In this document: positions 12,861-22,249 of the stretch, piece after piece
Layout of the letters: every line of letters starts with the position of its first letter
Numbering within the stretch: position 1 is the stretch's first letter
Source: Obrimoposthia wandeli
Lineage: Eukaryota
DNA length: 64,000 nucleotides
Reading direction: 5' to 3'
Assembly: GCA_977020255.1 (NCBI GenBank)
Contig: CDROCS010001406.1
Coordinates: forward strand, 62,001 to 126,000
Translations under genes and position numbers: made by a program
Notes under the pieces: generated by a model
Told to the model about the DNA's origin: nothing
Database searches by the model: none
The model's input: only the letters and a program-made list of their open reading frames with translations

Positions 12861-14841
12861 CAGGATATTGTGAAGATTCCGTTTTTTCTGTTTCTTTTGG
12901 TATTTGTAATTTTTTGTATATTTGTTTCTCGCATTTCATTTGATAATGTATTTACTATGTTTTGATGATGATTAAAAATAAGGAATTTTGCCAAAAATGG
13001 AAAACATCCTAAGATTAATTTCCATGTTAATCCTCCAACTTTATAAATATAATATGTTGATAAAATTTGACTTAGAAGAATCTTAAAGCAAATTAGTAGA
13101 GCATATATTCCAACTAATCCAGAAAATGCTTGTCCAAAAATTAAAATGTTACCCCATATTTTTGACATGGTGTTTTTAGTGGCTTTTATAAAATGATTTG
13201 GAGAAAGTAATAAGTCATAATCGGGACGGCTAATTCCGTCAGGTACTGATCTTTCTATGATTTGTGTTAAAATTCTGGATCTTATTTGTGGAAATAAAAT
13301 TTCTTTTCTTAACTTATCTATATCTTCCTGTATATAAATTCCTTTTGTGTTTAATTCGTTATCTGATTGTATATTGATGTCGTTGCTGAGAGTGGTTAAT
13401 TGTAATTTTTGTGGTTCTGCGACAATATCTCTTCTTGGAAGTGAAATCCAAATATCTTTTGAAATTTGATAATGAGGTGCCATTATGTTTGAGCAGTTTA
13501 TTTCTTTTATGCTAAAAGTGTTAAAAAGTATGATTCTAGTGATTGGTTTTACAAATAATGAATTATTTTTGTAAGAAATTGGTAATTCTTTTGTACATTT
13601 TTGATGATTTCTTATGTTAACTATTACTTTTTTACATTGATAAGTGTAAAACACTTCTCCCATTACTCTTCCAAAAGTACCGTCAGCTAATGGTAATAAT
13701 GGTGTTATTAATTCTGGGTTAGTAGCAATAATTGCCAATTTCGTTTTTAATATCTCCTGATTTAATTTACAATCATTCATTATGGTTTCTCTATATATTG
13801 CTTCTATTGTCATTAGTCCTTTGTGATAAAAATAATCTAATTTATTGTTAAAATAATCATATTTTTAATATCAAATTTAGTTGGTGTCGTTATGTATTTT
13901 TTCATTACTCAAATATATTCCTTTATAATTAGTTGTATAAACAGAGTGTCCACATCGGGATTCCTCTTTCTTTTTAATAAATCGCATTCCTGAACCTTGT
14001 TCAATAGACATTAATATAGTTGGAGTTGGTGTTTTACGTATTTTTCTAGTTCTATATATTTTATGTATGTCCTTTGGAACCTGTTGATCTAGTTCCGGAT
14101 CATCTCTAAATCTTTTTCCTTGAATTATTTGAAAAGTTTCTGATTTTAAATGTATTAATTTACATTGATCGATTTTTACTTTGTAGTAAAGTATTGAAGA
14201 ACCCGTGTTACAGTGACCCATGTTTGCTTCACAAAATGGCATTGTTACCATTGTGTTTGTAGAGGGGTCGAATGTTGCTTTGAAAGTTCTTAGTTCGACT
14301 TCAAAATTTTTAATAACTACCAAACCACTTTGCTTAACTCCCATTACTACATAAGTTCCTGTTGTACATTCTCCATCAGATTTAATCGTACCTACTACTG
14401 ATATCATTTGTTGAATTATTTTATTTTTCGCCGCTCGGACTTTAATTTCTCTATCTATTCTCAATTCTCCTGTTGCGAAAGCATCTTTACAATTTAAAGC
14501 GTCAACTATTATTGGTGTTTTTCCTAATGCTGGTTTTACTATTGAATTGTGACTATGTTGTCCACAATATGTTATAAATGTCTCTACATGTACTCTACAT
14601 TCAAAAACTTCTGCATATATGAAATCTGTTTCCTGATATACTTGATACAACTTAGTATTTTGGATTTTTACCTCATTTGGGTCAGGTCTGCACATTGCTG
14701 TAAATCCATTAAAGAATATTTATTTTGAATTTTATATTTTGAACAATCATATGCTTCTAAAGCATTAATTGGTTTTATCATGTTCATAATTAGACATATT
14801 ATTAATATTATCTGAATAATTTTCCATAATTTTTTCATCAT
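12860..14841 (-). pseudogene. Chuvirus-like (gB-related) envelope glycoprotein, ~660 codons, frameshifted
   Basis: Manual translation from ATG 14841: signal peptide MMKKLWKIIQIILIICLIMNMIKPINA then LEAYDC...SLMDLQQC. A frameshift leads into 13877-14695 (C.V.V...ITYCGQHSHNS, NCKDAFATG) and on into 12860-13813 (YFNNKLDY, C.LNQEILK, GEVFYTYQC, TM FSGLVGIYALL). These motifs match my recollection of Chuviridae glycoproteins. Confidence 0.85.
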
Positions 14842-14914
14842 TTTATTAAGATTATTTGTATTCTTAAAAATTTTAGTTTTTTAATTTTTATTGTTTTACG
14901 ATTTTTCTTGTGTT

Positions 14915-16564
14915 TTACTTTCTTTCTTGTGTTTGAGTAGTTTGGTTTGTTTTTGTGATTGTATATTTATTTTTTTGTAATGTCAAACAACCATCTCTAA
15001 ACATGTCTCCAAATTCGGATTGTAAGTTTGTTCTATCTGTTTGTGGTTCATTGTTATGGCATTGTTGGTGTATTTCTCTGTAGCGATTATCCATTTCTTT
15101 AAGTCGTAATTTTAACAATGCTAATTCGTCTGTGTTTGGAGTTGTTTCTGTATTTTCTATAGTGTGAATAGGGTTTCTTGGGGTATATTGTTGATCTTGA
15201 GTACTGAATTGTACTGTTTTTTGAACTTGTGGTTGTTGTTTTATTGTTGTGTTTCCAAATTGATTCATCATTGTGTTTAATTTTCCACAGTCATCGGTGT
15301 TGTGATTTTTCATATTACAAATCTTACAAAATTTTGTATTATTATTAAAATATCTATTTTGATTATTGTCATAATTATTTGGTTTATTGAAGTTATTATT
15401 CCTTGGTAGTGTATTATTACTCTGTCTATTTATTAATTTTCTACAAGTTTCAATTGTGTGATTGTCTTTTTTGCAAAATCTGCAAAATTTTATGTTACTT
15501 AATTTTCGACAATTTTCTATTGTATGAGTTTTGGAGTCCACAATTTGTGCATTTTTGAAAAAATCTTTGTGTAAATTGTGAGTTTGCAAAATTTTTGTTT
15601 GTCTGGTTTCTATAAAATTATTTCTTGGTGGTCTAAATTGTTGAGGATTTTGAAAATTATATTGAGTGTCTTGGTTAAAATTCCTAGATTGGTTGTAGTT
15701 TGGTGGCGTTTGTGGTCGTTCTATTTTTTCAAAAGATAAAGCTGAAACTTCGGTTTGCTGTATCATATTCAGTCTTGCTTCTACTAGTTGAGCTTTTCCT
15801 ATAGCCTGTTGAAAGTTTTCTACTTCTAGTAAGGCAGGGTGATCTCTAATTTTGTTATTTAATCCATGTAAAAATTGATGTAAAAGTAATCGCTCTCTTT
15901 GTGCTTCTTCTATTTCGGGAAAAGATTTTAATGCTAGTCGTCGTAATTCGACTGCGAATATATTTGTGGGTTCTCCTACATGTTGCTCTCGTTGTCTAAA
16001 TTGATTTAAGTAGTTCTGGTCGGACTGTGCTCCTAAAACCATATTTTGGAAATGCTGGACTAAGTGTTCCCATGTGTCTTTTTGTAGATTTGTTAGTCCT
16101 CTATAAATGGTTAGGGCAGTGCCTTTTAGGTATGCTGGAAAAACTCTAAGTTTTTCTTGGTCTGTCCATTCGAATGCTTGAGCAAAAGAATCATATATAT
16201 TCAAGAATTCTGGTAAAGATGTTTTATCGCCATTAAATGCGTCTAGTGGTATGTTTAATTTATGATTTGCCATTTGAGGTACTTCGTTTATTTGTTCGTT
16301 ATTTATTTCTATGTTAGGTGGTACTGGTTCTGCCACTGTTTCCGATGTTTCTGACGAGTTGTCCGAGTCAGATGTTTGTGGTAAAGATAAACTTTCTGTA
16401 TCTGAATTTGATGTTAGGTTTTGGTTTTCAGAGTCGGTTGAAATTAAGCGATCCGTGTGTTGGTGGACTAACGGAGTTTCAGGGAAAAATTCGTTATTTG
16501 TTCTAAAATTTATCTGGGATTTAGGTCTCTGTGGTAGTGTTTCACTTGTGTTAGTTCTTACCAA
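14915..16564 (-). CDS. gag: Gypsy gag (capsid domain plus CCHC zinc knuckles)
   Basis: FNGD..FL, W...EKL, YLKGTAL, R.Q..GE....FA..LRRLA, HQFL.GL. Knuckles CRFCKKDNHTIETC and CKICNMKNHNTDDC, plus a third (CTNCGLQN-H-TIENC) visible in an offset frame. Confidence 0.92.
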   Translation of the reverse strand: MVRTNTSETLPQRPKSQINFRTNNEFFPETPLVHQHTDRLISTDSENQNLTSNSDTESLSLPQTSDSDNSSETSETVAEPVPPNIEINNEQINEVPQMANHKLNIPLDAFNGDKTSLPEFLNIYDSFAQAFEWTDQEKLRVFPAYLKGTALTIYRGLTNLQKDTWEHLVQHFQNMVLGAQSDQNYLNQFRQREQHVGEPTNIFAVELRRLALKSFPEIEEAQRERLLLHQFLHGLNNKIRDHPALLEVENFQQAIGKAQLVEARLNMIQQTEVSALSFEKIERPQTPPNYNQSRNFNQDTQYNFQNPQQFRPPRNNFIETRQTKILQTHNLHKDFFKNAQIVDSKTHTIENCRKLSNIKFCRFCKKDNHTIETCRKLINRQSNNTLPRNNNFNKPNNYDNNQNRYFNNNTKFCKICNMKNHNTDDCGKLNTMMNQFGNTTIKQQPQVQKTVQFSTQDQQYTPRNPIHTIENTETTPNTDELALLKLRLKEMDNRYREIHQQCHNNEPQTDRTNLQSEFGDMFRDGCLTLQKNKYTITKTNQTTQTQERK

Positions 16565-17759
16565 TCTAGTCTGAATGCGTCTCCAGTGAAGATTAGCACT
16601 ACGTTTAGATTTTGAAATCTTTGTGTATTGTTCACTATTATCCTGCGTACTGGGTCGAAAATTAATTTATGTGTTTATATATTGTTGTCTAGTTTTGTTG
16701 AAAACGATTAAATAAATGTTATATTTTAAATAAATTAATTTTCAAAAACAGTCAGGAATTATTTCTGCTCTGTGATCAAAATACAGCTCGGCCTTATGAT
16801 AATCGATTACCGTGATTTGAGCTGCACTTTCAACCAAAGTAATAGAAAAATTTCTAACTTATTAATATATTTTTAAGTAAAATCTGTTATCACTATTTTT
16901 ATTTTAAAAACCGATATTGAAAATTTGTAAATTTTAATAAACTATTAATATATTTTAAACAAACACAGGATAATTTTGAATCAAAAACTATTGTCTCCAA
17001 ACTATGAAAATTTGTTAATTTGTTAACCCTAGTGTATTTTATTTCTAACTTGAATTAGTAAAAATATTAAAATAAATTTGTGAAAATCCTAAATCTAAAT
17101 AAAGTAATATGTTTGTATTTTAATTCAAAAATAGTCCTAATATTTTATAACTAAATTTCGAATTTCTTATTTTCACTTCTACAGAAAAATGAATTCAAAT
17201 ATGAATTATGTATTTTTATTATTATTGTTTCTATTTTACAAATGTATATATATTGCTCTAAATTTTTATTTTAATAGATCGAGACAATGTAGTTGGGCTT
17301 AAAATAATAATGAATACTCCTTGCAAAACCTCTGGCGGTATGTACCACAAAGTATTTTTACTTTACTTTAATTATTACAACCAAGAAATTATTCTAAAAA
17401 AAATACAGTATAATTTTATTCTAAAAATACAATATAATTTTTATTAAAAATGAATTAAAACGTATATCTAATATTACAAACTATGAGGGACTTTACTCAA
17501 AACACAGTACCTATCAACAAATGCATCAAAAATATTATAGTACGGGTTTTGAAAATAAATTCTATTTAAAATTCCAAAGAAAATATACTTATGTCTACAA
17601 TATAGTATATTTTTTGTGTTTAACACTAATCCAGAAAATAAAAATAAAATACGAATATATTAAACAAGATATATATCTATAATATTACAAATGTATAAGA
17701 AAAATCAACAATGTTAAAAATAAAATTAAAATAAAACTCAAACAAAATTACCGTGCTCG

Positions 17760-17775
17760 TTCTTCGGGCTCACCA
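17760..17775 (-). promoter_or_regulatory. Primer-binding site
   Basis: The - strand reads ...TTAACA T TGGTGAGCCCGAAGA: TGG one base after the LTR's terminal CA. The priming tRNA was not identified. Confidence 0.75.
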
Positions 17776-17831
17776 ATGTTAATAAACGATATTCCAAGGG
17801 TAAAGACGATATCTTCAAACAAACTGCGAAC

Positions 17832-18220
17832 CAGAATAAATATATTTCTTCAAAAAATATTGTCAATGATTAAATCAATTGGTAGCAAAATCAAATGGAT
17901 ATAATTCTTGTTTCTCCTATTATGACTTTTAGGCAAAGTAATATTTCTTGTTGTAAAATTTTTGAATTCAGAATAAATATATTTCTTCAAAAAATATTGT
18001 CAATGATTAAATCAATTGGTAGCAAAATCAAATGGATATAATTCTTGTTTCTCCTATTATGACTTTTAGGAAAAGTAATATTTCTTGTTGTAAAATTTTT
18101 GAATTCAGAATAAATATATTTCTTCAAAAAATATTGTCAATGATTAAATCAATTGGTAGCAAAATCAAATGGATATAATTCTTGTTTCTCCTATTATGAC
18201 TTTTAGGAAAAGTAATATTT
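17832..18220. repeat. 137-bp tandem repeat, ~2.8 near-identical copies
   Basis: Units starting CAGAATAAATATATTTC at 17832, 17969 and 18106. Confidence 0.95.
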
Positions 18221-18699
18221 TAGTTTCTAAAATTAGAAATATCAGTTAAATCAAAATTTATATGCAAATTCCCAAAACTGTCGTCTTATATCTGGCAGCT
18301 GCACAGATTGACTAGGCTGGAAAAGCAGGCAATTCCCGGCTCTACACACACGTACAGATGTGCAGCCGGGAATTATCGTCACCCGATTTCTGTTTCTGGG
18401 CAGGAAGTAAATGGTGCTTTAAAAATATACACACATACACAGCACAAAGAATAGGTGAGAAGGGAGAGTGAGTGAGCAAGGGATTGTGTGAGCGATTGAG
18501 TGAGTAGTGAGAGTGAATGAGTGAGTTGAGTGATGTGTTAATGTTGAGTGAGTGTGTGTGTGTGAATGGTGCACTTGCGCACACTAACACCACATGTCGA
18601 CGATATTCGTCGGCACATGAAAGGGGAATCTTTTCCCTGGCTTTATTATTGTTATCTCTGGCTTCGCGGAATCCACCGCGAAGTTAGAGATAACACGCC

Positions 18700-18751
18700 A
18701 TCTCCCTGATGAGCCCGGCAGGGCGAAACGGGCTTTTTTCCCGTCGGAGAT
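18700..18751 (+). ncRNA. Type I hammerhead ribozyme (HHR1)
   Basis: ATCTCC-CTGATGA-GCCC[GGCA]GGGC-GAAA-CGGG[CTTTTTT]CCCG-TC^-GGAGAT. It has the full catalytic core and perfect stems I, II and III; predicted cleavage is after GUC at 18745. Confidence 0.93.
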
Positions 18752-19313
18752 TGATCACTCTATTGACTAAAATGCCAAAGTGCACAATTCTAAAAATCGG
18801 AACTTTTCCCTAATTAAGGAAAGTTCCCAATTAACTTTTAATTAATTAATTCTCTTTTTTCTTTTATTTCTTTAAAAATTTTATATTTTTATTTTTCTTT
18901 TTTAAAACAATTATTTAATATATTTTCCCAACACATATATACATGTATAAGAATAAATGTAGTACGTGACTTGTTACTATTGATTACATAAATATGCAAG
19001 TATTTGCAAGATAGATGCAGTACGTGACTGTCTTTGTTAGATATATAAACGAACGTTTAAACATATTTATCATATTATATAATACTTTATTTTATAAGTA
19101 GATAGTTTAATTTAATTTAGATTAATTTAGTTTAAACATATTTATCAAATTATATAATACTTTATTTTATAAGTAGATAATTTAGTTAAAATAAATTATA
19201 TAAGCTTGAACACACACACACACACGATATGTCTTTTGGTGAAGACTGCGTGTTAATACCACCTTTAGATAAAAAGATATATAGTTTTAAAGTTTGTGAC
19301 TAAAAATAGAATA

Positions 19314-19630
19314 TGAGTCATCGATGAGTCATTGATGAGTCATCTTCTTGACCTCACAGTGACCTTAAAGTACATTGTCCTCATGACGTCATGACCTTAA
19401 CTTGACCTTAAATGACCTTGACCTCATGAGGTCATAACCTTGACTTGACCTCATGAGGTCATGACCTCAGCGTGACCTTAACTTGTCCTCATGAGGTCAT
19501 GTCCTCATCGTGACCTTAAGCTATGCTCAAGGGGGGAGGGTATGCTCAAAATGTCTTTGTACTGAGCAGGGGGTGTCATGACCTCTTGAGGTCATGACCT
19601 AGATTTTTTGTCTTCAACCTGACCTTAAAA
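19314..19630. repeat. Dense array of TGACCT/AGGTCA, TGAGTCA and TGACGTCA motifs
   Basis: Three tandem TGAGTCA (19314-19342), one TGACGTCA, and ~17 TGACCT/AGGTCA hexamers, many in the palindromes TGACCTCATGAGGTCA and AGGTCATGACCT. Confidence 0.85.
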
Positions 19631-19763
19631 AAAAAGTCGATCAAATTTCAAAAAATTTCAAAAATTTTCGCGCAAATTTCAAAAAGTTTGACATACATTT
19701 AAAAATATTTTGCGCAAATTTCAAAATTTTGACCTACATTTTTGACTTGTCTTAAGGGGGGCT

Positions 19764-20270
19764 TTGTTCCAGAAGTGCTACATCCACCTACTTACGCAAG
19801 CTTTTAATAAGGATCAAATATTTGGTGATGTAAGATTGCCGAAATTAGTTTTAATTTCATTTCAAAAAGCTGTAAAGTTTCTAGGAAATTATACGACAGA
19901 TGTAACACAATTTGACAATATAAATGTGGGTTCAGTGACACTTTCAATAAATAGGATTATCGTGAAACCTATAAAAACGATTTCGAAGGTAAAGCTTATG
20001 CTCTTGCTTATACGCAATCTATTATTCGAAATTTGGGTCAACTAGGTAAAGATATATACAATGGTATTTCTTTCACTGAGTTTAAAAGCAGTTCTTCACA
20101 TTTTTTTTATCACCAGACTTCGATGTAAACCAATGTCAACTACCAAAAGATGAAAATTTACAACTATAAATTAAATTTTATGCAGCTTTAACATATCTTA
20201 CGACGTGCTTATTTACGGAGTATTTGATTCGGAAATATAAATCAATAAAAAAGAACTGTCATATTATAGA
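19764..20270 (+). pseudogene. Polinton major capsid protein, C-terminal remnant
   Basis: QIFGDVRLPKLVLISF...FLGNY....FDNINV..VTL.IN and, in another frame, AYALAYTQSIIRNLG...NGISFTEF resemble the Polinton capsid C-terminus. It sits next to the protease. Confidence 0.65.
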
Positions 20271-20392
20271 ATGAAGTAAGACATTTTTTCTAAAATTTAT
20301 ATTTATTAATTTTTTTATTTAGTTCAGTACAAATACAATAATCAGCAGAGAAGGTAATGGGTGATAAATTCAATTGAGTTTATCTTATTGAC

Positions 20393-20656
20393 ATGATTTT
20401 GATTTTTCAACCTGGAGGTTACATTATCAATACTCATACTTCGAAATTACCAGGAGAACATTGGATAGCTATTTATGTTAAAATGTGGACAATACATGTA
20501 TTTGATCCACTTGCAACGTATTATAAACACAGGCCTGTTTCAACTGTTCAAAAAGGACGAAGAAGAGTATTTTACAACAAGATACAATACCAGGATACAG
20601 TAACGAGAAACTGTGGATATTTATGTATTATATGGTTATTTTTTCAAAACAATTAA
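20393..20656 (+). pseudogene. Polinton adenain-like (C5) cysteine protease remnant
   Basis: YIINTHTSKLPGEHWIAIY, VFDPL and YNKIQYQD...NCGYLC contain the H/D/Q/C catalytic motifs. Confidence 0.85.
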
Positions 20657-22056
20657 TGTGTTATTATAATTAAAATATTTTATTTTGAATTGTTTTTAAC
20701 ACCCTAAAATATATAAATAAAGTAAAATGACAAATAATAAAATACATAAGACTCTTTTTTACATCAACAAAATATCACAAATAAGGAAACCTGTCAGCAA
20801 TGATAAGGCCCAACCCAAAAAAAGGTATCAAAATAACAAAAGTTAGAGTCAAAGTGTCATAGATCTCAAAGATTTTAATAAATATAAACAAATTAAATCA
20901 AATTTAAAAAAAACGTTTAAGTTCGAAAGTGTCCATAAGCCAGGCTAACGTTCTTTTCTACTCAAAGCGATTTTGTTGACTTAAGGGAATACAGTTGATG
21001 GGCTCTTGAAATAAATGTAGTTTGCTCAACGCCTTTAATACACCCAATATCATAAACTTTCCGTTAGGCCTCATGTGTAAGATTGTTTCTTCACATACCC
21101 TTTGGTCCCATTGAACATGTATTATTAAATAAATGTAAACTGTAGCATTTACGGCATAATTAAATACAATAATCAAACGAAACCTGACCTTCACTTTCAT
21201 ACCTAAATTCCACGATAATATCCTTTAAATTTAGAGTGTAGAGGATGATAAACGAGATATTTATGGGTATCAAGTAGTTATCCCTGAACATTGCCGGTAA
21301 TAATGGATTATAATTATTTAAAGTTACATTCCTACATTCTAAAATGAAAGAGTCATTGTCAGTAGGTTTTGATCTTACAATTGAATTCGTGGCGATATTT
21401 CGCTAATTCAATATATTGACGATCGAGACAAATACTCTATTTTTCATAATAACATTGCTACCAAGTCATCTGAAATTGTAAAATTACGCTTGAAGTTATA
21501 CATCCTAGTATATGTTATTAAATTGCGCTCATAATTGCAAAACTGTAGACAAATACTTTCCGCAAGTCCTCTACAGTTTTTCCAAAGAGACTTACTTTTT
21601 AACTTGTAAAATTCCCGATCGAATTTTCTAGTAGCAAAATTACGTTTTCTTGGATTCTTCTCATTACAGTCATTAAACACAATGTTTTGATTAAAGTTTA
21701 TAGCGCGATGATTTTGAGTGACCTTTGCTCCTAACTTTAAGTAGAATTGAAGAAGCCGCCTAAGTACTACCTAATTCAACTTGCCTTCATGAGTTAACAA
21801 AACATTTGAATAAGTTATTGTTGCAAAACGATTAATGTGTTATTATAATAAAAAAATTTAAAATATTTTATTTTGAATTGTTTTTAACACCCTAAAATAT
21901 ATAAATAAAGTAAAATGACAAATAATAAAATACATAAGACTCTTTTTTAATATAAATCAACAAAATATCACAAATAAGGAAACCTGTCAGCAATGATAAG
22001 GCCCAACCCAAAAAAAGGTATCAAAATAACAAAAGTTAAAGTCAAAGTGTCATAGA
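20652..22056 (+). repeat. ~215 bp direct repeat pair (20652-20863 and 21831-22056) bracketing the pPolB fragment
   Basis: Both copies read ATTAATGTGTTATTATAAT...AAGGCCCAACCCAAAAAAAGG...GTGTCATAGA, with two small indels. Confidence 0.95.
20900..21830 (-). pseudogene. Protein-primed family B DNA polymerase (Polinton pPolB) C-terminal remnant
   Basis: Manual translation gives LQFYLKLGAKVTQNHRAINFNQ, FDREFYKLKSKSLW (degenerate KL..NSLYGK), NFK..TISDDLVAM, FRYESEG and LCRKCYS, with many stops and frameshifts. Confidence 0.75.
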
Positions 22057-22249
22057 GACAAGTTGCAAGTAATCTAAAATAATAAATATTAATAAAAATT
22101 AAAAAATAAGGTTTTTACCATATTCATCATTTCAAAAATCTAGGATTGAAATGAAAAAAGTGAGAGCTTATATAATAAAAATTATATATTTTATTTTATT
22201 GAATGAAAATATTTTATTTTAATTATTTTATTCCTCCAATTAAATAATT

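Larger units (their letters stand above)
4803..18786 (-). mobile_element. Ty3/Gypsy LTR retroelement with glycoprotein between gag and pol and 3' accessory ORFs; decayed by frameshifts and stops
   Basis: Minus-strand order: LTR(18786-17777), PBS, gag, glycoprotein, PR-RT-RH-IN (Gypsy domain order), accessory ORFs, purine tract, LTR(5677-4803). The two LTRs match only at their termini and no TSD is visible. Confidence 0.85.
17777..18786 (-). repeat. 5' LTR (LTR-B) with tandem repeats, hairpins and a hammerhead ribozyme
   Basis: On the + strand it runs TGTTAATAAA...AATGCCAAAGTGCACA (TG..CA) and abuts the PBS. TATA-like GATATAAG on the - strand near 18285. Confidence 0.75.

Noticed and set aside
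16311-16574. Plus-strand ORFs antisense to gag
   Set aside because: Shadow ORFs of the Ser/Glu/Thr-rich gag N-terminus.
17832-18220. CRISPR-like array
   Set aside because: Plain head-to-tail 137-bp duplications without unique spacers, in a eukaryotic context.
18342-18593. 83-aa ORF in LTR-B
   Set aside because: Low-complexity translation of a GAGT/GT-rich tract.
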